DNA of 32,635 bases from a virus (lineage: Duplodnaviria; Heunggongvirae; Uroviricota; Caudoviricetes), in the IMG/VR virus record IMGVR_UViG_2627853795_000005, positions 1 through 32,635 of that record; one strand, 5' to 3'. The position numbers were made by a program, and so were the translations under genes. Of the stretch, positions 1 through 8,550 are shown piece after piece. Under the pieces are notes generated by a model. It was not told where the DNA came from and did no database searches. It saw nothing but the letters and a program-made list of their open reading frames with translations. Each line of letters begins with the position of its first letter. Within the stretch, counting starts at the first letter, position 1.

Positions 1-990
1 TTATGTGGATGAAATGTGGATGCCTCCTTTTAATGGATTAAGTGAAATTGCATCCTGGAGGAAATCAGGAGCGAGGTGCGCATAGGTCATAGTTTGCTGA
101 ATCGTGGCGTGCCCCATAATTCGCTGGAGCGTAAGTATATTTCCTCCATTAATCATAAAGTGAGCTGCAAAGGTATGGCGTAGAACATGTACAGCCTGTC
201 CCTTTGGTAGGTCTGGCTTAACACTGCGAAGCACCTTGCGATATTCCTCATAATTGACGTCAAACAAAAGGCCGGATTTCTTTGTTTTGATCTCACTAAC
301 AACCTCATCAGAGACAGGAATAATTCGAACTTTTCCGTTTTTAGTTTTGTTAAACGTCACGCGATTATTGATGATGTGTTCCGCGCGCAGATTTTTCGCT
401 TCTCCCCATCTCGCCCCAGTACTGAGACAAAGTAGCGTAATCCGCCGGGCATCACCGCTTACTGCATCCAGCAATTTGGCGATTTCTTCCGTGGTGAGGT
501 ACGTCATTTCGGGTGATTTTCGTTTCAAAGAGGGGAGGGCGCGGAGTGGATTTTCTCCGTGAAATTCCCCGGCATTTGCCAGGAGTGTAAACATTCCTCC
601 GAGATCCGACTCATCACGCCGAACAGTAGATTCTTTTACTCCTAAGGATAAACGGGAGCTTCGATAAGCTGCCATGAAACGAGCATTAATCTGGCTAACC
701 CTTGGATCATTCATTTCTTTGATGATTTTTTTCAATCTGGTTAGAACGCCGTTAGCATATGGCTTATTGCGTCCACCCAATTCCCACCATAATGGAAGCA
801 GATCTGAGAGATGACGTTGCTCTGTTGGCTTTTCAAGCCATTCCTTATCGTGCATGTGGCTGAGAACATAGCGCTCAAAGGCCACTGCATCTGCCTTTTT
901 CTTAAAAATCCGCTGAATCCGACGTCCACTTCGGCCACGCGGTCTAACATCCACTTTATACCGTCCACCATCGAGTGCCTTAATTGCCAT
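1..990 (-). CDS. int: Tyrosine integrase (P2 Int-like)
   Basis: ORF 1..1023; N-terminus MAIKALDGGRYKVDVRP and C-terminal LRHTFAAHFMINGG...TLQRIMGH...YAH motifs match recalled P2 Int. Start set at internal ATG (988-990) because a GGAGGG RBS lies 8 nt upstream; the longer ORF start at 1023 has no RBS. Stop codon is at window position 1-3. Confidence 0.9.
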   Translation of the reverse strand: MAIKALDGGRYKVDVRPRGRSGRRIQRIFKKKADAVAFERYVLSHMHDKEWLEKPTEQRHLSDLLPLWWELGGRNKPYANGVLTRLKKIIKEMNDPRVSQINARFMAAYRSSRLSLGVKESTVRRDESDLGGMFTLLANAGEFHGENPLRALPSLKRKSPEMTYLTTEEIAKLLDAVSGDARRITLLCLSTGARWGEAKNLRAEHIINNRVTFNKTKNGKVRIIPVSDEVVSEIKTKKSGLLFDVNYEEYRKVLRSVKPDLPKGQAVHVLRHTFAAHFMINGGNILTLQRIMGHATIQQTMTYAHLAPDFLQDAISLNPLKGGIHISST

Positions 991-1056
991 TGGCAAGCCC
1001 TCCGGTGAAACGAGGAAAGACATTCCCAGTTTGTAAAACGTAAGAATAATAAAGGG

Positions 1057-1359
1057 TTAACCAATTTTCCTTTCGGATGGGGGTAAGTCCGTTGGCTCTT
1101 GCCCATAGTGTGCGAGAGCCGGAGCTACCTGCCCGGATTCAGGCGCAATTTTTCCAGTCATAAACCACAAGGCATATTTTTCGAACCGCGGGCAATTTAA
1201 GATTTTCATCATTACATCCCCTTTGGGTATGGATTCGCCAGTCTCATAACGCCATAGCGCGTTATGCGGAATACCTATTAACTCCGCAGCCTCATTGCGA
1301 CTTGTAATGCGCTCACTTTCACGCATTAGTTTTAGTTTTTCACCAATCTCCAAAATCAT
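1057..1359 (-). CDS. C: Immunity repressor C (P2 C-like)
   Basis: C-terminal half ...KILNCPRFEKYALWFMTGKIAPESGQVAPALAHYGQ resembles recalled P2 C (TKYTLWFMTNQIAPESGQIAPALAHFGQ). Start chosen at the ATG with a GGAGA RBS (MILEIGEKL...). Confidence 0.85.
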   Translation of the reverse strand: MILEIGEKLKLMRESERITSRNEAAELIGIPHNALWRYETGESIPKGDVMMKILNCPRFEKYALWFMTGKIAPESGQVAPALAHYGQEPTDLPPSERKIG

Positions 1360-1453
1360 ATTGCATTCTCCAAATATGTAGTGCATTATGCAAACAATGA
1401 GTTGAACTATGGGGTAAATATCTCACCTATACCCCAAACAGGGAGATTATCAC
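1360..1453. promoter_or_regulatory. C/cox developmental switch region (Pc/Pe promoters and operators expected here)
   Basis: 94-bp AT-rich intergenic region between divergently oriented C (-) and cox (+). Position is by analogy to P2; individual -35/-10 elements were not confidently resolved. Confidence 0.5.
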
Positions 1454-1780
1454 ATGAATGAAGAACTATTGAGGGCATTGTTTAAGATCCCAGACCCCAT
1501 CACCGTCGATGAATTTGCCCGCCGCACGGGCAAGACCGAATCAGCCGTAAGAAAGTTGGTGGAACGTCGGCTCATCCCTCTGGCCACTGAGCGTGAAGTT
1601 TTAGGCGAGGAAGGAAGTTCACGCCGCCTTCTCATCCTATGGAACGAGTGGCTCGAAATGGTCTATGACGCAACGAAACAACTTCCTCCTGAGCGTAAAG
1701 ATTGGCGCAATCACTGGCTTAATAAAGCCAAGAAGCTGGCGGAAGATTTGGGATTAGGCTTTCTTAATTTTGCTGCATGA
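1454..1780 (+). CDS. cox: Cox-like excisionase / transcriptional regulator
   Basis: Position immediately right of the switch region; segments ITVDEFARRTGKTESAVRKLVERRLIP and WNEWLEMVY...ERKDWRNHWL resemble recalled P2 Cox; AGGGAG RBS. Confidence 0.75.
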   Translation: MNEELLRALFKIPDPITVDEFARRTGKTESAVRKLVERRLIPLATEREVLGEEGSSRRLLILWNEWLEMVYDATKQLPPERKDWRNHWLNKAKKLAEDLGLGFLNFAA

Positions 1781-1798
1781 GATGCAGGGAGTTTTGAT

Positions 1799-2140
1799 AT
1801 GAAACAGCAACGTAATTCACGCTTTCGTAATGGTGCTGAACGCCACGCCAACCGTTTCGCTACCAGTGCATCACGCAGCAACATCCGCTACAGCCTGAGT
1901 GATACACACGCAACACCGGATGGCTACCCAGTAAAACAAATCGGCGAGCATGCCTGGCTGATTGAGAAAGCTGGAATCGTAGTCCACAAATGCCCACGCA
2001 ATCCGTTTACCGGAAACCGCATTTTTGCACTAAGCAGCGGCGACAATCAGTTCGGACAGGATTTCACATTATACGAAGCACTTCGCACGGTTGATCGTCT
2101 GCTTCGTGGGCAAAGTTTTATTAAACAGGCTGATTTATAA
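1799..2140 (+). CDS. Hypothetical early protein
   Basis: 113-aa ORF with AGGGAG RBS, in the early operon after cox. Confidence 0.6.
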   Translation: MKQQRNSRFRNGAERHANRFATSASRSNIRYSLSDTHATPDGYPVKQIGEHAWLIEKAGIVVHKCPRNPFTGNRIFALSSGDNQFGQDFTLYEALRTVDRLLRGQSFIKQADL

Positions 2141-2150
2141 CAGGTGCTTT

Positions 2151-2438
2151 ATGACCAAAGAGCATGCACAAGGTGTATTTATCCGTTTTATTGATTTTCG
2201 CGGTGAACTGTTATTACGCGCATCCGCTATTGATGGAGTGACTCCGGCGGGTAAAAACGGAGCCGCCGAAGCCACTTACATTTATCTGAACGGCACACGG
2301 CTGCTTGTGGAACTTCCGTACCAGACCGTACGAGAAATCATTAGCGAAGCTGAAAAGGCACGTCAGGTTAATGGCGATAAACCCTATATCGAAATTATTT
2401 GTATGGATTCAGAAGCAGAAATCCAGAAGGCAGATTAA
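2151..2438 (+). CDS. Hypothetical early protein
   Basis: ATG at 2151 (MTKEHAQ...) with upstream purine-rich RBS; tight spacing with neighbours. Confidence 0.55.
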   Translation: MTKEHAQGVFIRFIDFRGELLLRASAIDGVTPAGKNGAAEATYIYLNGTRLLVELPYQTVREIISEAEKARQVNGDKPYIEIICMDSEAEIQKAD

Positions 2439-2448
2439 AGGGTGTGCG

Positions 2449-2691
2449 ATGGACAAAGAATATAAAGCTCTTATCAATAAAGCACTTGAGCGTTTTTATT
2501 TTCGCCTAAACACATCAGGGGCCCAGGCAGAACACGCAGCCCATGATTCATTAGCAAGGGCAATCAGAAGCCTTTATGACGTGGCTTTTTACGCCGACGA
2601 TTTGGATGCGATTAACGAGCTTTCCGAACTCGTCTGCGCTGCAGAATGCGGTGAACGCATTGAACCGTATAAACTGGGGAATATCGTATGA
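2449..2691 (+). CDS. Hypothetical early protein
   Basis: ATG at 2449 (MDKEYKAL...) preceded by AAAGGGTG; ends with an ATGA overlap to the next small ORF. Confidence 0.55.
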   Translation: MDKEYKALINKALERFYFRLNTSGAQAEHAAHDSLARAIRSLYDVAFYADDLDAINELSELVCAAECGERIEPYKLGNIV

Positions 2692-2801
2692 GCATATTTA
2701 TGTCATGGCTTATTCTGATTATTTCGGTGGCCTGCGCAATCGGGATTATGCGAATTATTAATTCAGTAAAAAAGATTGAACGCTTTTTCACTGGTGAATA
2801 A
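2688..2801 (+). CDS. Possible 37-aa hydrophobic (single-TM) micro-protein
   Basis: My own translation: MSIFMSWLILIISVACAIGIMRIINSVKKIERFFTGE; start overlaps the upstream stop (ATGA). Below the 60-aa cutoff of the ORF track. Confidence 0.35.
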   Translation: MSIFMSWLILIISVACAIGIMRIINSVKKIERFFTGE

Positions 2802-2894
2802 CGATACAAATAAAACATCAAATTAAATAAGAAAACGTGAAAACCATCCGTATTAACGGAGGTATTCGCACACGCAAATAATGGAGATACAAAA

Positions 2895-3305
2895 ATGCAC
2901 GCAAAAGAAGAAGGTATCATCAGAGCACTGAAAGAAATTTCAAAGACAGAAAACGAAGTAGCGAAAAAAGCCATAGCAAATAATCATATGGACGTCGCAA
3001 CCCACACACTGATAGTCGCAAGAGTCACGGCCGAAGCAGCCGAAATTATCGAAAAACAGGATGCTGAACTAACGGTTCTCAGAACACAACCAGTCACCGG
3101 GCTGGATTTGTCTAACACCGGACGCCTTATTTACACAATTGGCTCGGAGCCACAGCAATACACCATTATCGCCGGATTACAGGATAAATACCTGATCACT
3201 CCTCACCCCATAAGGGAATCAGAAATTCTGACAAATCTCCGCCTGATAGAGCGCTCTCAAGTCGCATTCATTGATGACGCACAGCGCACCGTATTTAACG
3301 CATAG
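2895..3305 (+). CDS. Hypothetical early protein
   Basis: 136-aa ORF with GGAGA-type RBS after an AT-rich spacer. Confidence 0.6.
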   Translation: MHAKEEGIIRALKEISKTENEVAKKAIANNHMDVATHTLIVARVTAEAAEIIEKQDAELTVLRTQPVTGLDLSNTGRLIYTIGSEPQQYTIIAGLQDKYLITPHPIRESEILTNLRLIERSQVAFIDDAQRTVFNA

Positions 3306-3328
3306 GGTTACTGGACAAAGGGGGCGCA

Positions 3329-3532
3329 ATGGCAATTAAACGTTTTTCCGTCATTCGTTTCACATCCAGAGGGCGTGAATACGAAGTTGACGAACGGCTG
3401 ATTAAAACGCTCGACCGTCACCGTTCGCAACCTGACGCGCATCACATTTATCTCACTGACGACACTTACTTCTGCGCCACCAACGTGGTGCAGGTGAACC
3501 TTATCCGACAGGTACAGGAGTCACGCAGATGA
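3329..3532 (+). CDS. Hypothetical protein
   Basis: 67-aa ORF; stop overlaps the next start (ATGA). Confidence 0.5.
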   Translation: MAIKRFSVIRFTSRGREYEVDERLIKTLDRHRSQPDAHHIYLTDDTYFCATNVVQVNLIRQVQESRR

Positions 3533-3774
3533 CCATTCTGGACTATATCGCCGCCAATCCGGGTTGTAGCGGTGGAGAAATCGCCGCCGCGCTGAATACC
3601 CCAACCACAGCCATTAATGCGGAGTTACGCCGACTCTGGCGCAGCGGTTCAGTCATAAGAAAAGAGCGCAAAACAGGCGGTCGCTTTTCTTACCAGATAA
3701 ACCCGATGCCGTTCGGGTGCGGCAATCCACTTACCAACATGTTAAACCAGCTACTGAAGGAAGTCAGAGCATGA
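3529..3774 (+). CDS. Small putative winged-helix DNA-binding protein
   Basis: 81-aa ORF; pattern GEIAAALNTPTTAINAELRRLWRSGSV looks like a helix-turn-helix; translationally coupled on both sides. Confidence 0.55.
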   Translation: MTILDYIAANPGCSGGEIAAALNTPTTAINAELRRLWRSGSVIRKERKTGGRFSYQINPMPFGCGNPLTNMLNQLLKEVRA

Positions 3775-3893
3775 GCACCATCAACCATCAGGAACTACGT
3801 GAACTGGCGACTGCCGTGCAAAGAATGTCTACCCAAAAATCACTGCCATTCCGTGTGAGCCCTGTCCGGCAGGTACAGGAGTCACACGGATGA
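3771..3893 (+). CDS. Possible 40-aa micro-protein
   Basis: My own translation: MSTINHQELRELATAVQRMSTQKSLPFRVSPVRQVQESHG; ATGA-coupled at both ends; its 3' end is a duplicate of the 3' end of ORF 3329..3532. Confidence 0.4.
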   Translation: MSTINHQELRELATAVQRMSTQKSLPFRVSPVRQVQESHG

Positions 3894-4090
3894 ACAGAAG
3901 GAGAATTACACGCAGACATCGCCGCACACGCCTGAGCTCCCCGCCAACACTAAAGAAACTCATTCAAAGCGAGATCGGTGATTTCTTCGCTGGATTTGGA
4001 TCACCAGGCGAACCAGAAACACCAGAAGCGATGCAGCGCGAACTCACGATGCGCATCGACAACGTTTTCGATTTTTTCCTTAACCAGTAA
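3890..4090 (+). CDS. Hypothetical basic small protein
   Basis: 66-aa ORF, Arg-rich N-terminus; start coupled to the upstream stop. Confidence 0.5.
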   Translation: MNRRRITRRHRRTRLSSPPTLKKLIQSEIGDFFAGFGSPGEPETPEAMQRELTMRIDNVFDFFLNQ

Positions 4091-4104
4091 GGGAGTAAAT
4101 CACA

Positions 4105-4656
4105 ATGAAACTCAAACCAATGGGTACGCCTGGTGTGGCTCCGGCACATGTAAAGCCATGGACACAGCAGGAGGATGAACTTTTAGCCACGTTATACCAC
4201 TCCCACACAGCGCCGGAGCTGACAAAGCACTTTCAGAGAACCGAGTCAGCAATACGAAGCCGCATCCGTCTTTTGCTCTCTCAGGGGGTTATTCACGCCA
4301 AACAAACTCCACTGAGTACAAAAGAACTCAGCATGCTCATCAGGAATCGCCACACAAAAACCATCCGGGAACTCGCGAATGAGCTGGGGCGCTCGCCATC
4401 CACGGTAGAACTGAACCTGAGAAAAAGAGGGTATCGGTTCAGGAAATACGGGGAACTCCACCACAGAACCAGATACAGCGATCACCTGGTGGAGCTGGTA
4501 ACTGAACTGCGTGATGAGAAGGGGATGACATTCAGCGAAATCAGGAAGCACATCCGGGACACGACCGGGATATCCCTTAAAAGATGGGTCCCCGCCAGGC
4601 TTTACGCACGATATACCGCCGCTGATACCGTGCTTTGCGAACTACTACCGGACTGA
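4105..4656 (+). CDS. Hypothetical protein, possibly a tandem helix-turn-helix DNA-binding protein
   Basis: 183-aa ORF with AAGGGAG RBS; two segments (PWTQQEDELLATLY...AIRSRIRLL and TKELSMLIRNRHTKTIRELANELGRSPSTVELNLRKRGY) look like HTH/Myb-like repeats. Confidence 0.6.
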   Translation: MKLKPMGTPGVAPAHVKPWTQQEDELLATLYHSHTAPELTKHFQRTESAIRSRIRLLLSQGVIHAKQTPLSTKELSMLIRNRHTKTIRELANELGRSPSTVELNLRKRGYRFRKYGELHHRTRYSDHLVELVTELRDEKGMTFSEIRKHIRDTTGISLKRWVPARLYARYTAADTVLCELLPD

Positions 4657-4976
4657 GTAACCACTATGTACACACAAAAAAACCGCTTGCCATGCCGCAA
4701 TCAGTCAGGTTACATTTTCGCTGCACCTCATAAAACGGGTGCCGGGTTTCGCAGCCTGCTGACAACCAAAGCGCACAACCGCGCCAGCGGTTTTTTTGTG
4801 CGTACTGTATTGCCACGTTTTTTTCGCGTCAGAATTATGGCGGGGCGTACGGGGCCGACTTCGGTCGGGCCGGGTTCTTTGGTTGCCGGTACTGCGAACC
4901 CCGTACGTCTCGCCACCCACAGTTTCGCAGCTCTGGATGGTGAGTTTTCAAAACTTACAACCAAAGAGGCCACACC

Positions 4977-5207
4977 ATGGCAAACCGCAAACAGCACCGC
5001 GCTATCGCGGAGCGTCGTCACATCCAGACTGAAATCAACCGCAGACTTTCCCGCGCATTCCGCGTCGCTAAAATCATGCACATCAATATGCTGCATGAGC
5101 GTAGCTGCGAACTTTCAAACCTCTACTCATCCGCTGTTTTCAGTTATCTGGCGGATGATCTGCGCGAGCTTCAGCAGCTCATCCAGCAGCAAAACAAACT
5201 CCATTAA
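4977..5207 (+). CDS. Hypothetical small protein
   Basis: 76-aa ORF with AGAGG RBS 9 nt upstream; sits directly after a highly structured non-coding stretch. Confidence 0.45.
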   Translation: MANRKQHRAIAERRHIQTEINRRLSRAFRVAKIMHINMLHERSCELSNLYSSAVFSYLADDLRELQQLIQQQNKLH

Positions 5208-5279
5208 TTCCTGTTCCGGGCCTTTCCTGCACCTTGCGGCGGGAGGCCTTCGCACATCTGTAACAAGAGGATTGCCGCA

Positions 5280-5645
5280 ATGATTCTCGCCAACGACTTT
5301 CTTGAATACCTGCTCAACACAGAGCGTGATCTTGCCGTTCGCGTGCGTGAACGTTATGACATGTACCTGAAATCCCTGCCTGTACCGCAGCTCGCTGACG
5401 GAAAGATTGTTATTGATGGTCGCTACATGATTGACAGCCACGAGGGAAATTACAGGCTTTACCGCATTGAAGGTGGCACTCCGTCCGTTATTGGCATTTA
5501 CCAGCGCCCATCCTCTGCAATCGTCGATGTGATTGCCGACAGCATCCGCATCACACATCGCTATGCCGACACAGAAGACACCGTGCTGGAAATTCAGCGG
5601 CTGGCTGCCGTTTGCCGTGACACCCTGAACGGTATGACGCAGTAA
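5280..5645 (+). CDS. Hypothetical protein just upstream of the replication gene
   Basis: 121-aa ORF with AGAGGA RBS; 6-bp gap to A. Confidence 0.6.
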   Translation: MILANDFLEYLLNTERDLAVRVRERYDMYLKSLPVPQLADGKIVIDGRYMIDSHEGNYRLYRIEGGTPSVIGIYQRPSSAIVDVIADSIRITHRYADTEDTVLEIQRLAAVCRDTLNGMTQ

Positions 5646-5651
5646 ATCAGT

Positions 5652-8474
5652 ATGACGACAGAGTACATCAGGGACTGGCAACAACCGCGCCACGCAGTGG
5701 GGCGTGAAGGAACGGGGATCCCCGCACCTGAATCCGCGCTTTCCTCCTGGCTGGATGCCTACCAAGCAGAGAACGAGCGCCGACAGGAAAAGGCTGATGC
5801 GGCGTTCTCTGCCACGCCACTGGGCAACCTGATTAATAAAAGCCTGGACGCACAGGAAAAACAGGACAAAACCATCACGCTGGCAGGAGACGCCAGAAGA
5901 CAGGCACGCGGCACGGTGGATGAAGCCATGGCCTCGCTGCGCCTGCTGCCGTCCTATCTGCGCGATCCGCTTATTCGCCACCTCTCCTTCCTGCGCAAAA
6001 AACAGGAAGTCGATCGCCGGAAAGGCAAAAAGAGCTGGCAGGCGGAACGCTATGCACGCGGAACCCTGCGCAAAATATTCGAACGTCTGGATCGCACTGA
6101 CGGACACTGGCTGACACCGGGTTATCGCTCCCTTGCCGGACGCGAACGCCTGGACGATTTGCTTTACCTGCCGCAGCTCAACAAACACCAGATACAGACG
6201 CTGGCCACCATGACGGCGGCGATGTTCAGCAGCACCTTCGAAAAACTCTGCGATGGCTTTGGTGCGACTGATGGCGAGCTGACCATGGATGTAACGCTGA
6301 AGGCGTATCAGATGCTGGCCCGCATGGCGTTACACCTGCACGCCATGCCTCCGCATTATGACGCACTGACAACAGACAAAGACCGGAGGAACGAACCAGA
6401 CACGGAGCTGCTGCCGGGCGCAATCCTTCGCCTGACCTGTGCGGAATGGTGGAAACGCAAACTGTGGCTGTTACGTTGCGAGTGGAGAGAAGAACAACTC
6501 CGCGCCGCCTGTCTGGTTTCCAGAAAAACATCGCCCTATCTGAGCCAGGATGCGTTAAGCGAGTTTCGCGCACAGCGCGAGAAAACACGCGATTTCCTGA
6601 AAAGTTTCATGCTGGAAAACGAAGACGGGTTCACGATTGATCTTGAGACAGTGTATTACGCGGGAGTAAGTAACCCGGTTCACCGTAAGGCAGAAATGAT
6701 GGCCACCATGAAGGGGCTGGAACTTCTGGCCGAAGCCCGTGGCGACAGAGCGGTGTTTCTGACTGTCACCTGCCCGTCAAAATACCACGCAACAACGGAG
6801 AACGGTCATCCGAATCCCAAATGGAACGGGGCCACTATGCGCGACTCCAGCGATTACCTGGTTAACTCGTTTTTTGCGGCGGTCCGCAAGAAACTGAACC
6901 GCGACGGCCTGCGCTGGTATGGCATCCGCACGGTGGAGCCTCACCATGACGGCACCGTGCACTGGCATATGATGGTCTTTGCTCATCCGGAAGAAATCGA
7001 CACCATTGTGTCCCACACCCGCGATATTGCCATTCAGGAAGATCGTCACGAGCTGGGTGATGATATTACCCCACGCTTTAAGGCAGAGTACGTCGACGGC
7101 TCAAAAGGCACACCGACCAGCTACATCGCCACCTACATCGGGAAAAACCTGGACAGCCGTGCCGTGGATGGCATCGACCCGAAAACGGGCAAGCCACGCG
7201 TTGACCACGAAACAGGTAAATCAATGGCCGAGAGCGTGGAGCGTGCCATCGGCTGGGCGCGCCTTCACCGGGTCCGCCAGTTCCAGTTCTTTGGCATCCC
7301 CTCCCGTCAGGTGTGGCGTGAACTCCGCCGCCTTGCCAGCCAGATGGCACGCAACCCGGAAGGCCCGCAACGGCTGAAGGATGACGCAATGGATGCGGTA
7401 CTCGCTGCCGCTGATGCCGGATGTTTTGCCACCTACATTGAAAAACAGGGGGGCGTACTTGTTCCGCGCAAGGACTACCTGATTCGCACAGCCTACGACC
7501 TCGCAGATGAGCTGAACGATTACGGCGAGCAGAGTGTACAGATTTACGGGATCTGGTCGCCGCTCATTGGGGAGTCTTCCCGCGTATGCACGCATCCGGA
7601 TAACTGGAAGCTGGTAAGACGCAAACCGGAAGCGGAAGACAGCGCCCGCGAAAATGGTTTTGACCTTCAGGGCGGCCCTGCCGCCCCTTGGACTCGTGGC
7701 AATAACTGTCCCCGTGTACAGGAAACAGGCAACAACGGGACAGAACAGCCGGAAGAACGGCCAGCACCGTGGCCGCAGCTTCCTGACGGCGTTGAAGTAA
7801 ATGAATGGATGCGCTCACTGAAACGGCACGAACGCCGGGCGCTGATGCGTTCGCTTCGTGACAAACAGGCAAAAAACAGCAGCGATGAAATGCAGAACTG
7901 GACACAGAGCCGCAAACAGCAGCGGCCTTTGCCTGATAACCACGAGTTACTCGCTAAAGAATGGCGGGAGTCTGCTGAATCTCTCGGCCTGCATATCGGT
8001 GAACAACAGATGCAGCACCTGTTACGGGGCGGCAGTCTGTACGTTGACGGCAGCATCATTGCACCGCAGGGATTTGAAATTGTACGCAAACCGGATACCC
8101 GCCCGGACAGCCGAATCACGCAGCTCTGGCAGCGTCTGAGCCGTAATCATGGCGTAAGCAGCACGGAGATCCGCCATAACCCGGTCGCCAGCTATCTGGC
8201 ACAGCTGGGGGCATCAGACCCTGAAGCCGCCGCACGCCTGGCATCCACACTTCAGCAGGACCAGAACACCATGAAAACACCCGTTACCGTGCTTTCTGAC
8301 ATGCTGCGCGCCATCCGCGACGCAGAGCACGCACAGAGAATCAGTGAAACCACTGAACGCGCCAGCCGCAAAGCAGACCTGCTGCGGGGTGGCCTGACCA
8401 GTGGAAACAAAAAACAGACAGAAACGGGACTCACGAATCCCGTAAATGAGCAAAAAACGCGCAGCGATATATGA
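5652..8474 (+). CDS. A: Replication initiation endonuclease gpA (HUH rolling-circle initiator), with a long C-terminal extension
   Basis: 940-aa ORF; metal-binding motif HWHMMVFAH and paired catalytic tyrosines in YIATYIGK (Y-x3-Y), as in the P2 gpA family; synteny. Longer than my recollection of P2 gpA. Confidence 0.9.
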   Translation: MTTEYIRDWQQPRHAVGREGTGIPAPESALSSWLDAYQAENERRQEKADAAFSATPLGNLINKSLDAQEKQDKTITLAGDARRQARGTVDEAMASLRLLPSYLRDPLIRHLSFLRKKQEVDRRKGKKSWQAERYARGTLRKIFERLDRTDGHWLTPGYRSLAGRERLDDLLYLPQLNKHQIQTLATMTAAMFSSTFEKLCDGFGATDGELTMDVTLKAYQMLARMALHLHAMPPHYDALTTDKDRRNEPDTELLPGAILRLTCAEWWKRKLWLLRCEWREEQLRAACLVSRKTSPYLSQDALSEFRAQREKTRDFLKSFMLENEDGFTIDLETVYYAGVSNPVHRKAEMMATMKGLELLAEARGDRAVFLTVTCPSKYHATTENGHPNPKWNGATMRDSSDYLVNSFFAAVRKKLNRDGLRWYGIRTVEPHHDGTVHWHMMVFAHPEEIDTIVSHTRDIAIQEDRHELGDDITPRFKAEYVDGSKGTPTSYIATYIGKNLDSRAVDGIDPKTGKPRVDHETGKSMAESVERAIGWARLHRVRQFQFFGIPSRQVWRELRRLASQMARNPEGPQRLKDDAMDAVLAAADAGCFATYIEKQGGVLVPRKDYLIRTAYDLADELNDYGEQSVQIYGIWSPLIGESSRVCTHPDNWKLVRRKPEAEDSARENGFDLQGGPAAPWTRGNNCPRVQETGNNGTEQPEERPAPWPQLPDGVEVNEWMRSLKRHERRALMRSLRDKQAKNSSDEMQNWTQSRKQQRPLPDNHELLAKEWRESAESLGLHIGEQQMQHLLRGGSLYVDGSIIAPQGFEIVRKPDTRPDSRITQLWQRLSRNHGVSSTEIRHNPVASYLAQLGASDPEAAARLASTLQQDQNTMKTPVTVLSDMLRAIRDAEHAQRISETTERASRKADLLRGGLTSGNKKQTETGLTNPVNEQKTRSDI

Positions 8475-8522
8475 AGCGCGCACAAAACAGGCAAAAACGG
8501 GATTTCAGAATCCCGTAAACGA
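8411..8522. repeat. Two about 39-bp direct repeats (period 73 bp), each with a 6-bp-stem hairpin (acggga / tcccgt), spanning the A stop and the parM upstream region
   Basis: Read directly: 8411..8449 aaaacagacagaaacgggactcacgaatcccgtaaatga and 8484..8522 aaaacaggcaaaaacgggatttcagaatcccgtaaacga. Confidence 0.7.
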
Positions 8523-8550
8523 TTAATTAATCAACATAAGGAAAACCGAC

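Noticed and set aside
1-60. attL core at the integrase 3' end, and attR after ogr
   Set aside because: The int stop codon sits at the first base of the window, so the left junction lies outside it; no direct repeat of the left end could be matched in 32304..32494.
4830-4920. Possible tRNA-like structure (stem ending near ...CGCCACCCA)
   Set aside because: No canonical T-loop (GTTCRANYC) or D-arm; the cloverleaf cannot be drawn convincingly; kept only as a generic structured RNA candidate.
4666-5283. 205-aa ORF on + strand spanning the structured intergenic region
   Set aside because: Translation is low-complexity (Ser/Thr/Ala/Arg runs), has no RBS, and overlaps strong RNA-structure elements and the better-supported 76-aa ORF; judged a spurious frame.
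5127-6188. 353-aa ORF on the minus strand
   Set aside because: Lies antisense inside the gpA gene; a shadow ORF typical of GC-rich coding sequence.
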